DNA of 64,000 nucleotides from Elusimicrobiales bacterium (GCA_031082205.1 JAVHLJ010000002.1:12557-76556); one strand, 5' to 3'; shown: positions 1-8,733, counted from the first letter of the stretch. Notes: a model not told the origin generated them from the sequence alone. Translations and numbers: made by a program.

Positions 1-186
1 TGGCCTCCTATATAAAAAAGATATTTTTAGTAAAATCTAACCACCGAAAGGACGCTCCCGGCTCCGGCCACATAGAGATGAGCAGCATAGGCGGGTGAGA
101 GCCTGCCCGGCATAAACCTTGGGCCGGGCGCTAATCAGGGGCCGGTAAAGGGAATCTTGACCCGTCCGGTCTAAAAAAGTACTCTT

Positions 187-972
187 TTGTCCGTGAGGAA
201 ACGTCGAATAATTTTACCGGTGCTTTTTCTTCTGGCGCCCCTAGCTTTTTCCGCCGAGGTCTATAAGACCGATAACACTTCCGTTTCAGGCGACATCACG
301 AACAAAGAAAAAGATTCGATCTCGGTCCGCACGGAAAGCGGCATTTTCGAGATATCGTGGCAGGATGTTCTCTGCGTCGAAGACCGGCTTCCATCTGGCC
401 GCGCCCGCGTGATTCTGCCGCCTTTTGCCGGATCATTGAGCGTCGGTCTCAACGGTTCCCGCATGTTCATGGACGGGTCCGATGGAGATATTATCGGCGT
501 TTTCGCCGGCTATATGCCGTTCAGGAAGTTTGAGTTCACTTTTGACGCTCAGGTGATGAAGAATTCCGGCGACTATGGCGGTGTAGCCTCGAAGTCTGAA
601 ACAACGACATATTCCGCAGGGGTCAATTATTATTTTTACCCCTCCGCGCGCAACTATCTGGACTGGGCGCGGAGTCAAGCGCGCAAGGAAGGACACTCCG
701 GCACCAAGCCCCCGCTGACGCTGAATCCGTTGAGCCTGAGGATGTACACGGGGTTCAGTGCCGGGGCCACCCGCACCAAGAGCTCTGTCGCCGGTGATGG
801 CGACAGCAGCTCGGAGACCTCCTATACCTGGACCGTCTTCGGCCTGGCTTACAGCCTTACCCGGGACCTTTCCGTGGACTGGAACATGAAATTGACCGCC
901 GTTCCGCCGGTGGAGGAAGAGACCGAGCTTATATACTCGACGGGCATAGGGTTGAGATTTAAGGTGTTCTGA
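187..972 (+). CDS. secreted outer-membrane beta-barrel-like protein (hypothetical)
   Basis: TTG start. Sec-type signal peptide (LLAPLAFSA/EV). C-terminus is ...GIGLRFKVF, with the terminal Phe typical of OMP last strands. Stop lies 2 nt before the next start. Confidence 0.6.
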   Translation: MSVRKRRIILPVLFLLAPLAFSAEVYKTDNTSVSGDITNKEKDSISVRTESGIFEISWQDVLCVEDRLPSGRARVILPPFAGSLSVGLNGSRMFMDGSDGDIIGVFAGYMPFRKFEFTFDAQVMKNSGDYGGVASKSETTTYSAGVNYYFYPSARNYLDWARSQARKEGHSGTKPPLTLNPLSLRMYTGFSAGATRTKSSVAGDGDSSSETSYTWTVFGLAYSLTRDLSVDWNMKLTAVPPVEEETELIYSTGIGLRFKVF

Positions 973-974
973 CT

Positions 975-1634
975 ATGCGCCGGATAACGATCATAGCCCT
1001 CCTGACGCTGTTCCTCCCGGCCGTATCGAACGGAGAGGGAAAGAAGCCTTTCAATGCCGGCGTCAGGATGTCGCTTAACCGTACGCCGGCCCCGGGCGGC
1101 TTCGCCTGGTCCTCCTCTTTGTCGCTTTCAGGCGGTAAAACTCTTAAAGACGGCATACCTCTTGGCCCCGGCGCGATGGCGGCGGACCTTGAAGGGGGCC
1201 TCTCCCTGTCGCTCAACGGGTATAGTGTGGATACCGAGAGATACGTCTGGTCTGTCCCCCTCACGTCCAGTTATAAATACCGCACCGTCTCTAATACCAT
1301 GACCACGGCGATGAACGCGTACATGCGCTCCAATCTGTCAGGCCTGGGGCGTTTTTCCCCGTATCTTTCCGCTATGTGCGGACTGATGGTTTCCCGCAAT
1401 ACAATCGAGAACAAGACTTATCAGAACGCGGGCTCGGTATACGACTGGAACCTTCAGAGCGGGACCGTCGCGTCGGATACGTCGTACGCCCTTTCAGGCG
1501 GATTCCAGATAGGCGCCAATTATTTCCTGACCGACAGCGTATCTTTCAACCTTCAGTACGAGCGCAATATCCCGTTGTCCTCGGACGTGGACCCGGTCTC
1601 CATGATAAACTGGGGACTTCAGTTCTGGTTCTGA
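975..1634 (+). CDS. secreted outer-membrane beta-barrel-like protein (hypothetical)
   Basis: Signal peptide (LLTLFLPAVSNG). Alternating strand-like segments. C-terminus is ...NWGLQFWF. Its TGA overlaps the ATG of the next gene by 1 nt. Confidence 0.6.
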   Translation: MRRITIIALLTLFLPAVSNGEGKKPFNAGVRMSLNRTPAPGGFAWSSSLSLSGGKTLKDGIPLGPGAMAADLEGGLSLSLNGYSVDTERYVWSVPLTSSYKYRTVSNTMTTAMNAYMRSNLSGLGRFSPYLSAMCGLMVSRNTIENKTYQNAGSVYDWNLQSGTVASDTSYALSGGFQIGANYFLTDSVSFNLQYERNIPLSSDVDPVSMINWGLQFWF

Positions 1635-2716
1635 TGCGCCGCGTCCTTTTGCCGTTCATGTTCCTCGCGGTTTTCAGCGCGGAGCTGGCGGCCCAGACGG
1701 GCTTGCATACTGGTGAGCGCCAGGAGCCGGACGCCGCCTCCTGCGAAAAGCGGGTAGCGGGCCTTCAAAGGCAAATTAGTTCTCTGGCTAACCAGGCCCT
1801 CTCCCAGACCGCGGATACGATTGCGGAAAACAAGGCCATATACAAGGATATAGAGGTCAAGCGGCGGGAACGGATGAATCTGAGCCAGAAGGCGGTCTCC
1901 TGCCGTAACGCAGCGTGTCCCCGGATGATAGAGACGCAGTCCAGGAGTCTGGACTCGCAGATCTCCGAGCTCGAGCGCCGCGCGCAGGCGAATTTTGAAA
2001 AGAGGTTGAACGCTCTGAACCGGCAGAGGGAGGCGCTTGAGAAGATGGTGATGTCGCTGCAGGCCAGCCCGGATTGCATGGCGCCGGGGCGGGCCAGGCC
2101 CGCCGGCGTTCCGGGGCAGATTCCGGCGGCAGCTGATAAAGAGGATGCTGGGACGGAGGCCAAGGGTTCGTCAGCCGTAAAGCGGGCAATGGAGATAATA
2201 GCGAATACCGGGAAGGAAAAGGCGAAAGCCCTGGATTGCTCCGGCCTGGTCGGAACAATATATCCCGAACTGGGCAGGGATAAAATGATAAAAGCGGTCA
2301 AGGACTGTCCCGAGGGAGCCGGGGGCTGCGAGTGCGCGCCTGAGGCCAGGCCGTGCTCCCGCCACTCTCAAAAGCAGTACGAACATCTGCGCCGCTTAGG
2401 GCGGATAAAGACGGATATCACCAAGATCAGTGAGGGAGATGTTTTATTTTTCAAGGAGGAGGAGCAAGTCGTTCATGTAGTGATTGCGGATCGCAAATCT
2501 AAAAAGAGCGGAAGGTGCACCAAAGCCGATTGTCCCATGTCTTTTATATACACATCTAAAGGGGATCCATTCAAGCAAAGGGAACTGAAGCTTGAGGATG
2601 GTTGCTATAGTTGGTGTACGAGCAGACCAAAAATATTTAACAAAGAAAAAAACATGTGGGAATGTGCGGCGGGCGCTTCGCGCAAACAGTGCTTTGTGGG
2701 TGGAGGAACGCCATGA
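1634..2716 (+). CDS. secreted coiled-coil + Cys-rich NlpC/P60-like cysteine peptidase, cassette copy 1
   Basis: Internal ATG at 1634 of track ORF 1376..2716; the upstream part overlaps the OMP gene. Signal peptide MRRVLLPFMFLAVFSAELAAQ, then a heptad-like region. NlpC/P60 motifs: LDCSGLV ... GDVLFFKEEEQVVHVVI ... FIYTS. Many Cys residues suggest disulfides. Confidence 0.7.
   Translation: MRRVLLPFMFLAVFSAELAAQTGLHTGERQEPDAASCEKRVAGLQRQISSLANQALSQTADTIAENKAIYKDIEVKRRERMNLSQKAVSCRNAACPRMIETQSRSLDSQISELERRAQANFEKRLNALNRQREALEKMVMSLQASPDCMAPGRARPAGVPGQIPAAADKEDAGTEAKGSSAVKRAMEIIANTGKEKAKALDCSGLVGTIYPELGRDKMIKAVKDCPEGAGGCECAPEARPCSRHSQKQYEHLRRLGRIKTDITKISEGDVLFFKEEEQVVHVVIADRKSKKSGRCTKADCPMSFIYTSKGDPFKQRELKLEDGCYSWCTSRPKIFNKEKNMWECAAGASRKQCFVGGGTP
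1643..2451. repeat. 809-bp perfect direct repeat, copy A (offset 2185 bp to copy B)
   Basis: Base-by-base comparison of both boundaries. Mismatch at 1642 vs 3827 and at 2452 vs 4637. Antisense track ORFs 1765..2301 and 3950..4486 are identical. Confidence 0.95.
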
Positions 2717-3795
2717 AAGTATTTTTGGCTGTCATATTGATCCCATTCGCCTCTCTCCCAATCCGGGCCGAGTCGGATGGTGCTCGTAAGGAATTAGAAA
2801 AATTCTTCTCGGAAAATATGCCGACTGTCGTCTGGCCGGCCAAGGTTGAGGCCGATTTTATGGCTTTTGTTGACGGCCATGTGTCAACCGCTGCATTCAT
2901 CCATAAAAGTTCATTCAGCGCTCCCGGCGTACCCTCCGCGGTAATCATCAGTATGGGAGAAAGAACAGTATGTAAGCATCCGATAAATAAATTGCGAGTT
3001 GCTGATTATACGGGTGGTCGGTGGCGGGATGTTTTTCGGATAGAGCGTGCTTCAAACTCAATATTGCGCGTAATGAATTCCAGCGGGACAATGGATTTTC
3101 AGTATGAGCAGGCGGCGTGTATTGACCTCTCCACCGCGACATTCCGCGACGTCCCCGGACTCGTTATTCTTGAGGCCCTGTCCGACGACGGAGCGGTGAC
3201 CGACAGCATGCCGTGGTTTTATTCCAAAAATGGCAATATGTATGTGGGCACAGAAAGCATGGATTATGCCACTGAGAACAACATCGAAGGTTGGTTCGCT
3301 TATTATTTCCCGGAGAATGCCGATAAATGGCCTAGGAAGGCGGCAAAGACACTGGGCACATTGGAGTCAGAATACAAGCCGGATTTCATATGGAAAGGCA
3401 ATCTGCTAGGCACCGGCAATCCGGCGGTATTCATGCTGGTTTATAAGGGAGCTCCCGGGCCGGAGAACAAGCCGGAGTATATGAAAGGTTTGTCCTTCTA
3501 CAGGCTGAAGGTGCTGGAATACCGCGAGAAATGGGGCGGATGGAAAGAGCGTATGCGCGCCGACAACGGGATTTATATAGACGGCAAAGAGGCTGAGAAC
3601 GCCAATTTCGGCAGGCTGGATGCGTATCATAACCTAATGCTTAGTTATCGGAATTACGGCAAGGATATTGGGTTGTGTATGACTGTGGCTGGCGGATTTA
3701 CGAAGGATGGGTGGCTTGATCCATGCGTGGGATATGACTCACAAATGGACGCGTTTGACGCCACTGATTTCACTAAGCCCATAGGCGGAGAGTGA
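2713..3795 (+). CDS. secreted protein of unknown function, cassette partner copy 1
   Basis: ATG at 2713 in an ATGA overlap with the upstream stop. Signal peptide MKVFLAVILIPFASLPIRAE. Paralogous to 4895..5974 through shared blocks FIHKxSFSAPGxPSA, GRWRD, DFIWKGxLxGTGNPAVFML, LEYRxKWGGWKER, DxFDAxDFT. I recognise no family motif. Confidence 0.65.
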   Translation: MKVFLAVILIPFASLPIRAESDGARKELEKFFSENMPTVVWPAKVEADFMAFVDGHVSTAAFIHKSSFSAPGVPSAVIISMGERTVCKHPINKLRVADYTGGRWRDVFRIERASNSILRVMNSSGTMDFQYEQAACIDLSTATFRDVPGLVILEALSDDGAVTDSMPWFYSKNGNMYVGTESMDYATENNIEGWFAYYFPENADKWPRKAAKTLGTLESEYKPDFIWKGNLLGTGNPAVFMLVYKGAPGPENKPEYMKGLSFYRLKVLEYREKWGGWKERMRADNGIYIDGKEAENANFGRLDAYHNLMLSYRNYGKDIGLCMTVAGGFTKDGWLDPCVGYDSQMDAFDATDFTKPIGGE

Positions 3796-4898
3796 AACTT
3801 CCGCGGCTCCGGGCAGGGAGGGCAACTGTCCTTTTGCCGTTCATGTTCCTCGCGGTTTTCAGCGCGGAGCTGGCGGCCCAGACGGGCTTGCATACTGGTG
3901 AGCGCCAGGAGCCGGACGCCGCCTCCTGCGAAAAGCGGGTAGCGGGCCTTCAAAGGCAAATTAGTTCTCTGGCTAACCAGGCCCTCTCCCAGACCGCGGA
4001 TACGATTGCGGAAAACAAGGCCATATACAAGGATATAGAGGTCAAGCGGCGGGAACGGATGAATCTGAGCCAGAAGGCGGTCTCCTGCCGTAACGCAGCG
4101 TGTCCCCGGATGATAGAGACGCAGTCCAGGAGTCTGGACTCGCAGATCTCCGAGCTCGAGCGCCGCGCGCAGGCGAATTTTGAAAAGAGGTTGAACGCTC
4201 TGAACCGGCAGAGGGAGGCGCTTGAGAAGATGGTGATGTCGCTGCAGGCCAGCCCGGATTGCATGGCGCCGGGGCGGGCCAGGCCCGCCGGCGTTCCGGG
4301 GCAGATTCCGGCGGCAGCTGATAAAGAGGATGCTGGGACGGAGGCCAAGGGTTCGTCAGCCGTAAAGCGGGCAATGGAGATAATAGCGAATACCGGGAAG
4401 GAAAAGGCGAAAGCCCTGGATTGCTCCGGCCTGGTCGGAACAATATATCCCGAACTGGGCAGGGATAAAATGATAAAAGCGGTCAAGGACTGTCCCGAGG
4501 GAGCCGGGGGCTGCGAGTGCGCGCCTGAGGCCAGGCCGTGCTCCCGCCACTCTCAAAAGCAGTACGAACATCTGCGCCGCTTAGGGCGGATAAAGACGGA
4601 TATCACCAAGATCAGTGAGGGAGATGTTTTATTTTTTAAAGAGGATGACAAGATTGTTCACGTTGTGATGTTTGATGAGCAAAATCTGGAAAACGGTCAA
4701 ACGTGCACAAAGGAGCGCTGTTCAATTAAAGCGGTGTATACGTCTGACGGTGCGCCGATTAAACATGCCAGTTTGGTGCTGAACGAAGGGTGTTATAGCT
4801 GGTGTCCCGGAAAGCAACGGTGGAATGTGGAGAAAAAAAGACGCGAGTGTGACAAGGCTTTAAGGAAACAGTGTTTTATTGGCGGAGGAATTCCATGA
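3792..4898 (+). CDS. secreted coiled-coil + Cys-rich NlpC/P60-like cysteine peptidase, cassette copy 2
   Basis: GTG start overlapping the upstream TGA (GTGA). Nucleotide-identical to copy 1 over 3828-4636, then a diverged C-terminal tail (DDKIVHVVMFDE...IKHAS...) with conserved Cys spacing (GCYSWC, KQCFxGGGxP). Confidence 0.7.
   Translation: MKLPRLRAGRATVLLPFMFLAVFSAELAAQTGLHTGERQEPDAASCEKRVAGLQRQISSLANQALSQTADTIAENKAIYKDIEVKRRERMNLSQKAVSCRNAACPRMIETQSRSLDSQISELERRAQANFEKRLNALNRQREALEKMVMSLQASPDCMAPGRARPAGVPGQIPAAADKEDAGTEAKGSSAVKRAMEIIANTGKEKAKALDCSGLVGTIYPELGRDKMIKAVKDCPEGAGGCECAPEARPCSRHSQKQYEHLRRLGRIKTDITKISEGDVLFFKEDDKIVHVVMFDEQNLENGQTCTKERCSIKAVYTSDGAPIKHASLVLNEGCYSWCPGKQRWNVEKKRRECDKALRKQCFIGGGIP
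3828..4636. repeat. 809-bp perfect direct repeat, copy B
   Basis: See copy A. Confidence 0.95.
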
Positions 4899-5974
4899 AA
4901 TTGTTTTTAGGCGCCATGCTCATTTCGTTTGTCGTTGCCCTCGTATCAGCCCAGACACAGCATGATGATTCGCTGAAAAGCCTGGATAAGTTTTTTTTCG
5001 CGAATATGCCGTCGGCGGCATGGCCGGTAAAGGCTGAGGCTGACTTTACGGCGTTTATCGGCGAGGTGTCAACTGCTGCATTCATTCACAAGGGCTCCTT
5101 CAGTGCCCCCGGGTTGCCGTCGGCGCTAATCCTTGACAGGCCACGAAAGGAAAACTGTGGTTACGACTATGATGATTTACGAATCGTCGACTATAAAGAC
5201 GGCCGATGGCGTGATATCCTGCGCATAAAACGGAAATCCGAAAAGGAATTCGTCCTGATGGACTTCAGTGGAAGAAAATCAGACTATAAAGACGGTTATT
5301 GTGTTGATTTTGATGTGATGAGGTCTCATGGTAAGCCGCGGTTTTTGCTCCTTAAATCTGCCCACGGCCGTAAAGGGAAACCCTGGGTTTACTCTGAAGG
5401 AAACGGTGGGTATATCTTCCTTGCGGATCAGATCAAGATAACGGAGGATACTATAGAGGAGTGGTTTTCCTACTATTTCCCGGACAATTCTGATAAGTGG
5501 TCGCAGAAAACGCTCAAGACATTGGAATCACTGAGAACAAGACTTGACCCCGATTTTATCTGGAAGGGGGACTTGTTTGGCACAGGGAATCCGGCCGTGT
5601 TCATGTTGTCTTATAAGGATGCTTCCGGGAAATCCAGCGGGCCTGATGGAGGCAAAAAACCTTTTCACGCGATTAGGTTTCTGGAGTATCGAAAGAAATG
5701 GGGGGGGTGGAAAGAACGATTATCGATTGGCGATAAAATACATGTGGATGGGGAATTTGCCGGCGATCCTGTTTTTGACTATCTTCATGAGTGCCAAAAT
5801 ACGAGCATAGCTTACGATATGCCCTACGGCGGCATCGGGATATGTTCTGCCACTAAAAGGGAGTGCGCTACATGGGGTGAGATTGTTCCCTGCATAGGCT
5901 ACTCTCGGCATGACGATATGTTCGATGCCAGTGATTTTACCGACCCAAAATGGCCAACAGGAGATGCTCCATAA
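4895..5974 (+). CDS. secreted protein of unknown function, cassette partner copy 2
   Basis: ATG at 4895 in an ATGA overlap. Signal peptide MKLFLGAMLISFVVALVSAQ. Diverged paralog of 2713..3795. Confidence 0.65.
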   Translation: MKLFLGAMLISFVVALVSAQTQHDDSLKSLDKFFFANMPSAAWPVKAEADFTAFIGEVSTAAFIHKGSFSAPGLPSALILDRPRKENCGYDYDDLRIVDYKDGRWRDILRIKRKSEKEFVLMDFSGRKSDYKDGYCVDFDVMRSHGKPRFLLLKSAHGRKGKPWVYSEGNGGYIFLADQIKITEDTIEEWFSYYFPDNSDKWSQKTLKTLESLRTRLDPDFIWKGDLFGTGNPAVFMLSYKDASGKSSGPDGGKKPFHAIRFLEYRKKWGGWKERLSIGDKIHVDGEFAGDPVFDYLHECQNTSIAYDMPYGGIGICSATKRECATWGEIVPCIGYSRHDDMFDASDFTDPKWPTGDAP

Positions 5975-6099
5975 AATAGCATGGTAAAGGCCATTAGTTT
6001 TTTTGTTCAGCGGGGGGCTGTCGCAGCCCAGACGCAACAGTGGCGTGTCCGTTCCTGGTGCGCCATCTATTCTGATGCCCGAATCCCCAGGGGTGTGAT

Positions 6100-6525
6100 A
6101 TGATAGACGTCGGCTCCAAAAAAGACACCCGTCGCGTCGCCCGCGCGCAGGCTCGCATAAAGCTTACCCCCGAAATAGTCGCCCTTATAAAGGCCGGGAA
6201 ACTCCCCAAGGGCAATGTCCTGGAGGCGGCCCGCTTCGCGGGGATACTGGCGGCCAAGAACACGGCGGGCATAATACCGCTCTGCCACAATCTGCCGCTC
6301 AACTATGTCGGCGTGGATTTCAGGGTGGAGAAGGCCGGCGTCCTGATAACGGCCGAGGCGCGCTGCACCGGCAAGACCGGCGTGGAGATGGAGGCGCTGG
6401 TCGCCGCTTCGACCGCGGCGCTGACCATCTACGACATGTGCAAGATGTTCGCGCAGGACCTGGAGATAGGCGATATCTTCCTGCTGGAGAAGAAAGGCGG
6501 CAAGAGCGGCCATTATAAACGCTGA
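6100..6525 (+). CDS. moaC: cyclic pyranopterin monophosphate synthase MoaC
   Basis: MIDVGSKKDT..., IIPLCHNLPL and GVEMEALVAASTAALTIYDMCK are typical MoaC blocks. Confidence 0.9.
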   Translation: MIDVGSKKDTRRVARAQARIKLTPEIVALIKAGKLPKGNVLEAARFAGILAAKNTAGIIPLCHNLPLNYVGVDFRVEKAGVLITAEARCTGKTGVEMEALVAASTAALTIYDMCKMFAQDLEIGDIFLLEKKGGKSGHYKR

Positions 6526-6974
6526 TGGGACGGATACACTCGATAAATATCAGCAAGGCCAAGGGCGTGCCCAAGTCGCGCGCCGACAAGGCCCTGCTGC
6601 TCAAGGGGCTGGGCGTGGACCGCGACGCCCACGCCGGCACCGATATAAGGCAGGTCAGCCTGCTCGACATCGAGAGCATACGCGGCCAGATCGCCGACGC
6701 TAAGGCTAAAGGCGCGACGGTGGAGATACGCCCCGGCGTATACGCCGAGAACATCACCACCGAAGGCCTGGACCTGTCGGCGCTGAAAATAGGCGACCGC
6801 CTCAGGGCCGGCCCCAAGGCCGTGCTGCGTATTTCAAAGATCGGCAAGGAATGCCACAGTCATTGCGCCATCTACCACCAGGTGGGCGACTGCATAATGC
6901 CCCGCAAGGGCATATTCGCCGAGGTAATGGAGAGCGGCGAGATAGCCGTGGGGGACACTCTTGAAAAAATTTAA
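6525..6974 (+). CDS. MOSC domain-containing protein
   Basis: About 150 aa in a Moco gene context, with MOSC-like blocks (GVDRDAHAG, RQVSLL, GENITTEGLDL, C-terminal IAVGD). Start overlaps the moaC stop. Confidence 0.75.
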   Translation: MGRIHSINISKAKGVPKSRADKALLLKGLGVDRDAHAGTDIRQVSLLDIESIRGQIADAKAKGATVEIRPGVYAENITTEGLDLSALKIGDRLRAGPKAVLRISKIGKECHSHCAIYHQVGDCIMPRKGIFAEVMESGEIAVGDTLEKI

Positions 6975-7443
6975 GCTCGCGGTGCTGACCTCCAGCGACA
7001 GGTGCTCGCGCGGCGAGGCGGAGGACGCCAGCGGGCCGCTCGTATCGGAACTGGTCCGCGCCGTCGGAGCCGAAGTCGCGGCCTACGACATAGTTCCCGA
7101 CGATATCGGGGCCATAAAGGCGAAGCTCGTCCATTACTGCGACGCGCTCAAGGCGGACCTGGTCGTCACCACCGGCGGCACCGGCTTCGGCCCGCGCGAC
7201 GTGATGCCGGAAGCCACGCTCGCCGTCATCGAGCGCGCCGTGCCCGGCCTGCCCGAACTGATGCGCGCCGAGGGCCTTAAAAAAACGAAGAAGGCCGTAT
7301 TGTCGCGCGGCGTCTGCGGCCTGCGCGGCCGTACGCTGATACTCAACCTGCCCGGCAGCCCGAAGGCCGTGAAGGAATCGCTCGAAGCCGTGCTGGACCT
7401 CGTCCCGCACGCGCTGGACATGATGGAAGGCGGAGGACATTAG
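6961..7443 (+). CDS. mog: MogA/MoaB-family molybdopterin adenylyltransferase
   Basis: TTG start. Motifs LVVTTGGTGFGPRDVMPEAT and LNLPGSPKAV are characteristic. Confidence 0.85.
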   Translation: MKKFKLAVLTSSDRCSRGEAEDASGPLVSELVRAVGAEVAAYDIVPDDIGAIKAKLVHYCDALKADLVVTTGGTGFGPRDVMPEATLAVIERAVPGLPELMRAEGLKKTKKAVLSRGVCGLRGRTLILNLPGSPKAVKESLEAVLDLVPHALDMMEGGGH

Positions 7444-7449
7444 GACCAA

Positions 7450-8733
7450 ATGACGCTCAATTATATCTGGCTCGGTTTCTTCTTCACGGCGCTGATAGTG
7501 GCGCTGGCCCGTTTCGCGGGCTATGTCATGCACTTCCACATGGACATGCTGCCGGGCCTGGTCTTCACCGTAGCCGACCGCGACATCTTCGTCAAGATAG
7601 TCGAGAGCACCTTCGAGATGTCCAAGACCAGCGTCACGATAGCGATAACGCTCATCGGCGTGATGACGCTGTGGCTGGGCGTCATGCGCGTGGGCGAGCG
7701 CGGCGGCGCCGTGGCCGCCATGACGCGGCTGGTTCAGCCCTTCTTCAGCCGCATCTTCCCCGACCTGCCGCCCGGCCATCCCGCTTTCGGCTCGATGATG
7801 ATGAACATCAGCGCCAATATGCTGGGGCTCGACAACGCCGCCACGCCGCTGGGCATCAAGGCCATGGAGCAGCTGCAGGAGGCCAACCCGGACAAGACCA
7901 CGGCGTCCAACCCCCAGATCATGTTCATCGCGCTCAATACCTCTGGCCTGACGCTGATACCGGTGTCCATCATGGCCGTGCGCGCCGCGATGGGCGCGGC
8001 CAACCCGGCCGACATCTTCCTGCCCATACTGCTGACGACTTTTTTCTCCACTATGGCCGCGCTGGTCTTCGTCTCCGCCGCGCAGCGCATCAACCTCTTC
8101 CAGCCGGTGATAGTAGCCTATGTGGGAGGCCTGTCGCTGGCCATCGGCGTCCTGCTCTGGGGGCTGAGCAATATGGCGGCCGGCCGCATAACGGCGCTGT
8201 CCACCTTCGGCGGCAATTTCATACTGTTCCTCTTCATCGTCGCCTTCCTGTTCCTGGCCTGGCGCAGGAGCGTGAACGTCTACGAGGAGTTCGTCGAGGG
8301 CGCCAAGGAGGGCTTCCACGTGGCCGTCAGGATAATCCCCTACCTGGTGGCCATGCTGGTGGCCGTGGGGGTTTTCCGCGCCTCCGGCGCGCTGGACATG
8401 CTGGTCTCCGGCGTCGGGAAGTTCCTGGGACTCTTCGGCCTCGGCGGCGATTTCGTGGGCGCCCTGCCCACCGCCTTCATGAAGCCGCTCAGCGGCAGCG
8501 GCGCGCGCGGCATGATGATAGAGGCCTTCAACCATTACGGCGTGGACTCGTTCACCGGCCGGCTGGCTGCCACCTTCCAGGGCTCCACCGAGACCACCTT
8601 CTACACCATCGCCGTCTATTACGGCGCGGTCAATGTGCGCAATACCCGCTATACCGTGATGGCCGGCCTCTTCGCGGAGCTGGCCGCCATTATCGCGGGC
8701 ATCTTCATCGCCGGGATATTCTTCGGCGGCTGA
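7450..8733 (+). CDS. nucleoside-recognition (Gate) domain membrane protein, SpmA/SpmB-like fusion
   Basis: Polytopic membrane protein of 427 aa. Blocks resemble SpmA/SpmB: NISANMLGLDNAATPLGIKAM; GSGARGMMIEAF..GVDS..GRLAATFQGSTETTFY. Confidence 0.7.
   Translation: MTLNYIWLGFFFTALIVALARFAGYVMHFHMDMLPGLVFTVADRDIFVKIVESTFEMSKTSVTIAITLIGVMTLWLGVMRVGERGGAVAAMTRLVQPFFSRIFPDLPPGHPAFGSMMMNISANMLGLDNAATPLGIKAMEQLQEANPDKTTASNPQIMFIALNTSGLTLIPVSIMAVRAAMGAANPADIFLPILLTTFFSTMAALVFVSAAQRINLFQPVIVAYVGGLSLAIGVLLWGLSNMAAGRITALSTFGGNFILFLFIVAFLFLAWRRSVNVYEEFVEGAKEGFHVAVRIIPYLVAMLVAVGVFRASGALDMLVSGVGKFLGLFGLGGDFVGALPTAFMKPLSGSGARGMMIEAFNHYGVDSFTGRLAATFQGSTETTFYTIAVYYGAVNVRNTRYTVMAGLFAELAAIIAGIFIAGIFFGG

Noticed and set aside
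60-186. Possible riboswitch upstream of the first gene. The strings AUAAAC and CUAAUCA vaguely recall the fluoride (crcB) motif.
   Set aside because: I could not build the required P1/P3 helices or the pseudoknot. The downstream gene is an OMP-like protein, not a fluoride-related gene.
1376-1633. N-terminal 86 codons of track ORF 1376..2716.
   Set aside because: This part overlaps the OMP-like gene 975..1634 in another frame and is Arg/Pro-rich. A signal peptide begins exactly at the ATG at 1634, which overlaps the upstream stop.
5975-6099. I looked for a Moco/Tuco riboswitch upstream of moaC, and also in 11152-11267 upstream of aor.
   Set aside because: I could not find the conserved core elements I remember for the Moco RNA motif, such as a CCGAG-containing junction. 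I cannot run a covariance-model search, so this is a weak negative. A cmsearch with RF01055 would settle it.
6802-8535. 577-aa minus-strand ORF covering mog and the Gate-domain gene.
   Set aside because: The translation is Arg/Gly/His/Glu/Ala-rich low-complexity sequence with no motifs. It lies antisense to two well-supported genes. This is the typical long antisense ORF of GC-rich DNA.
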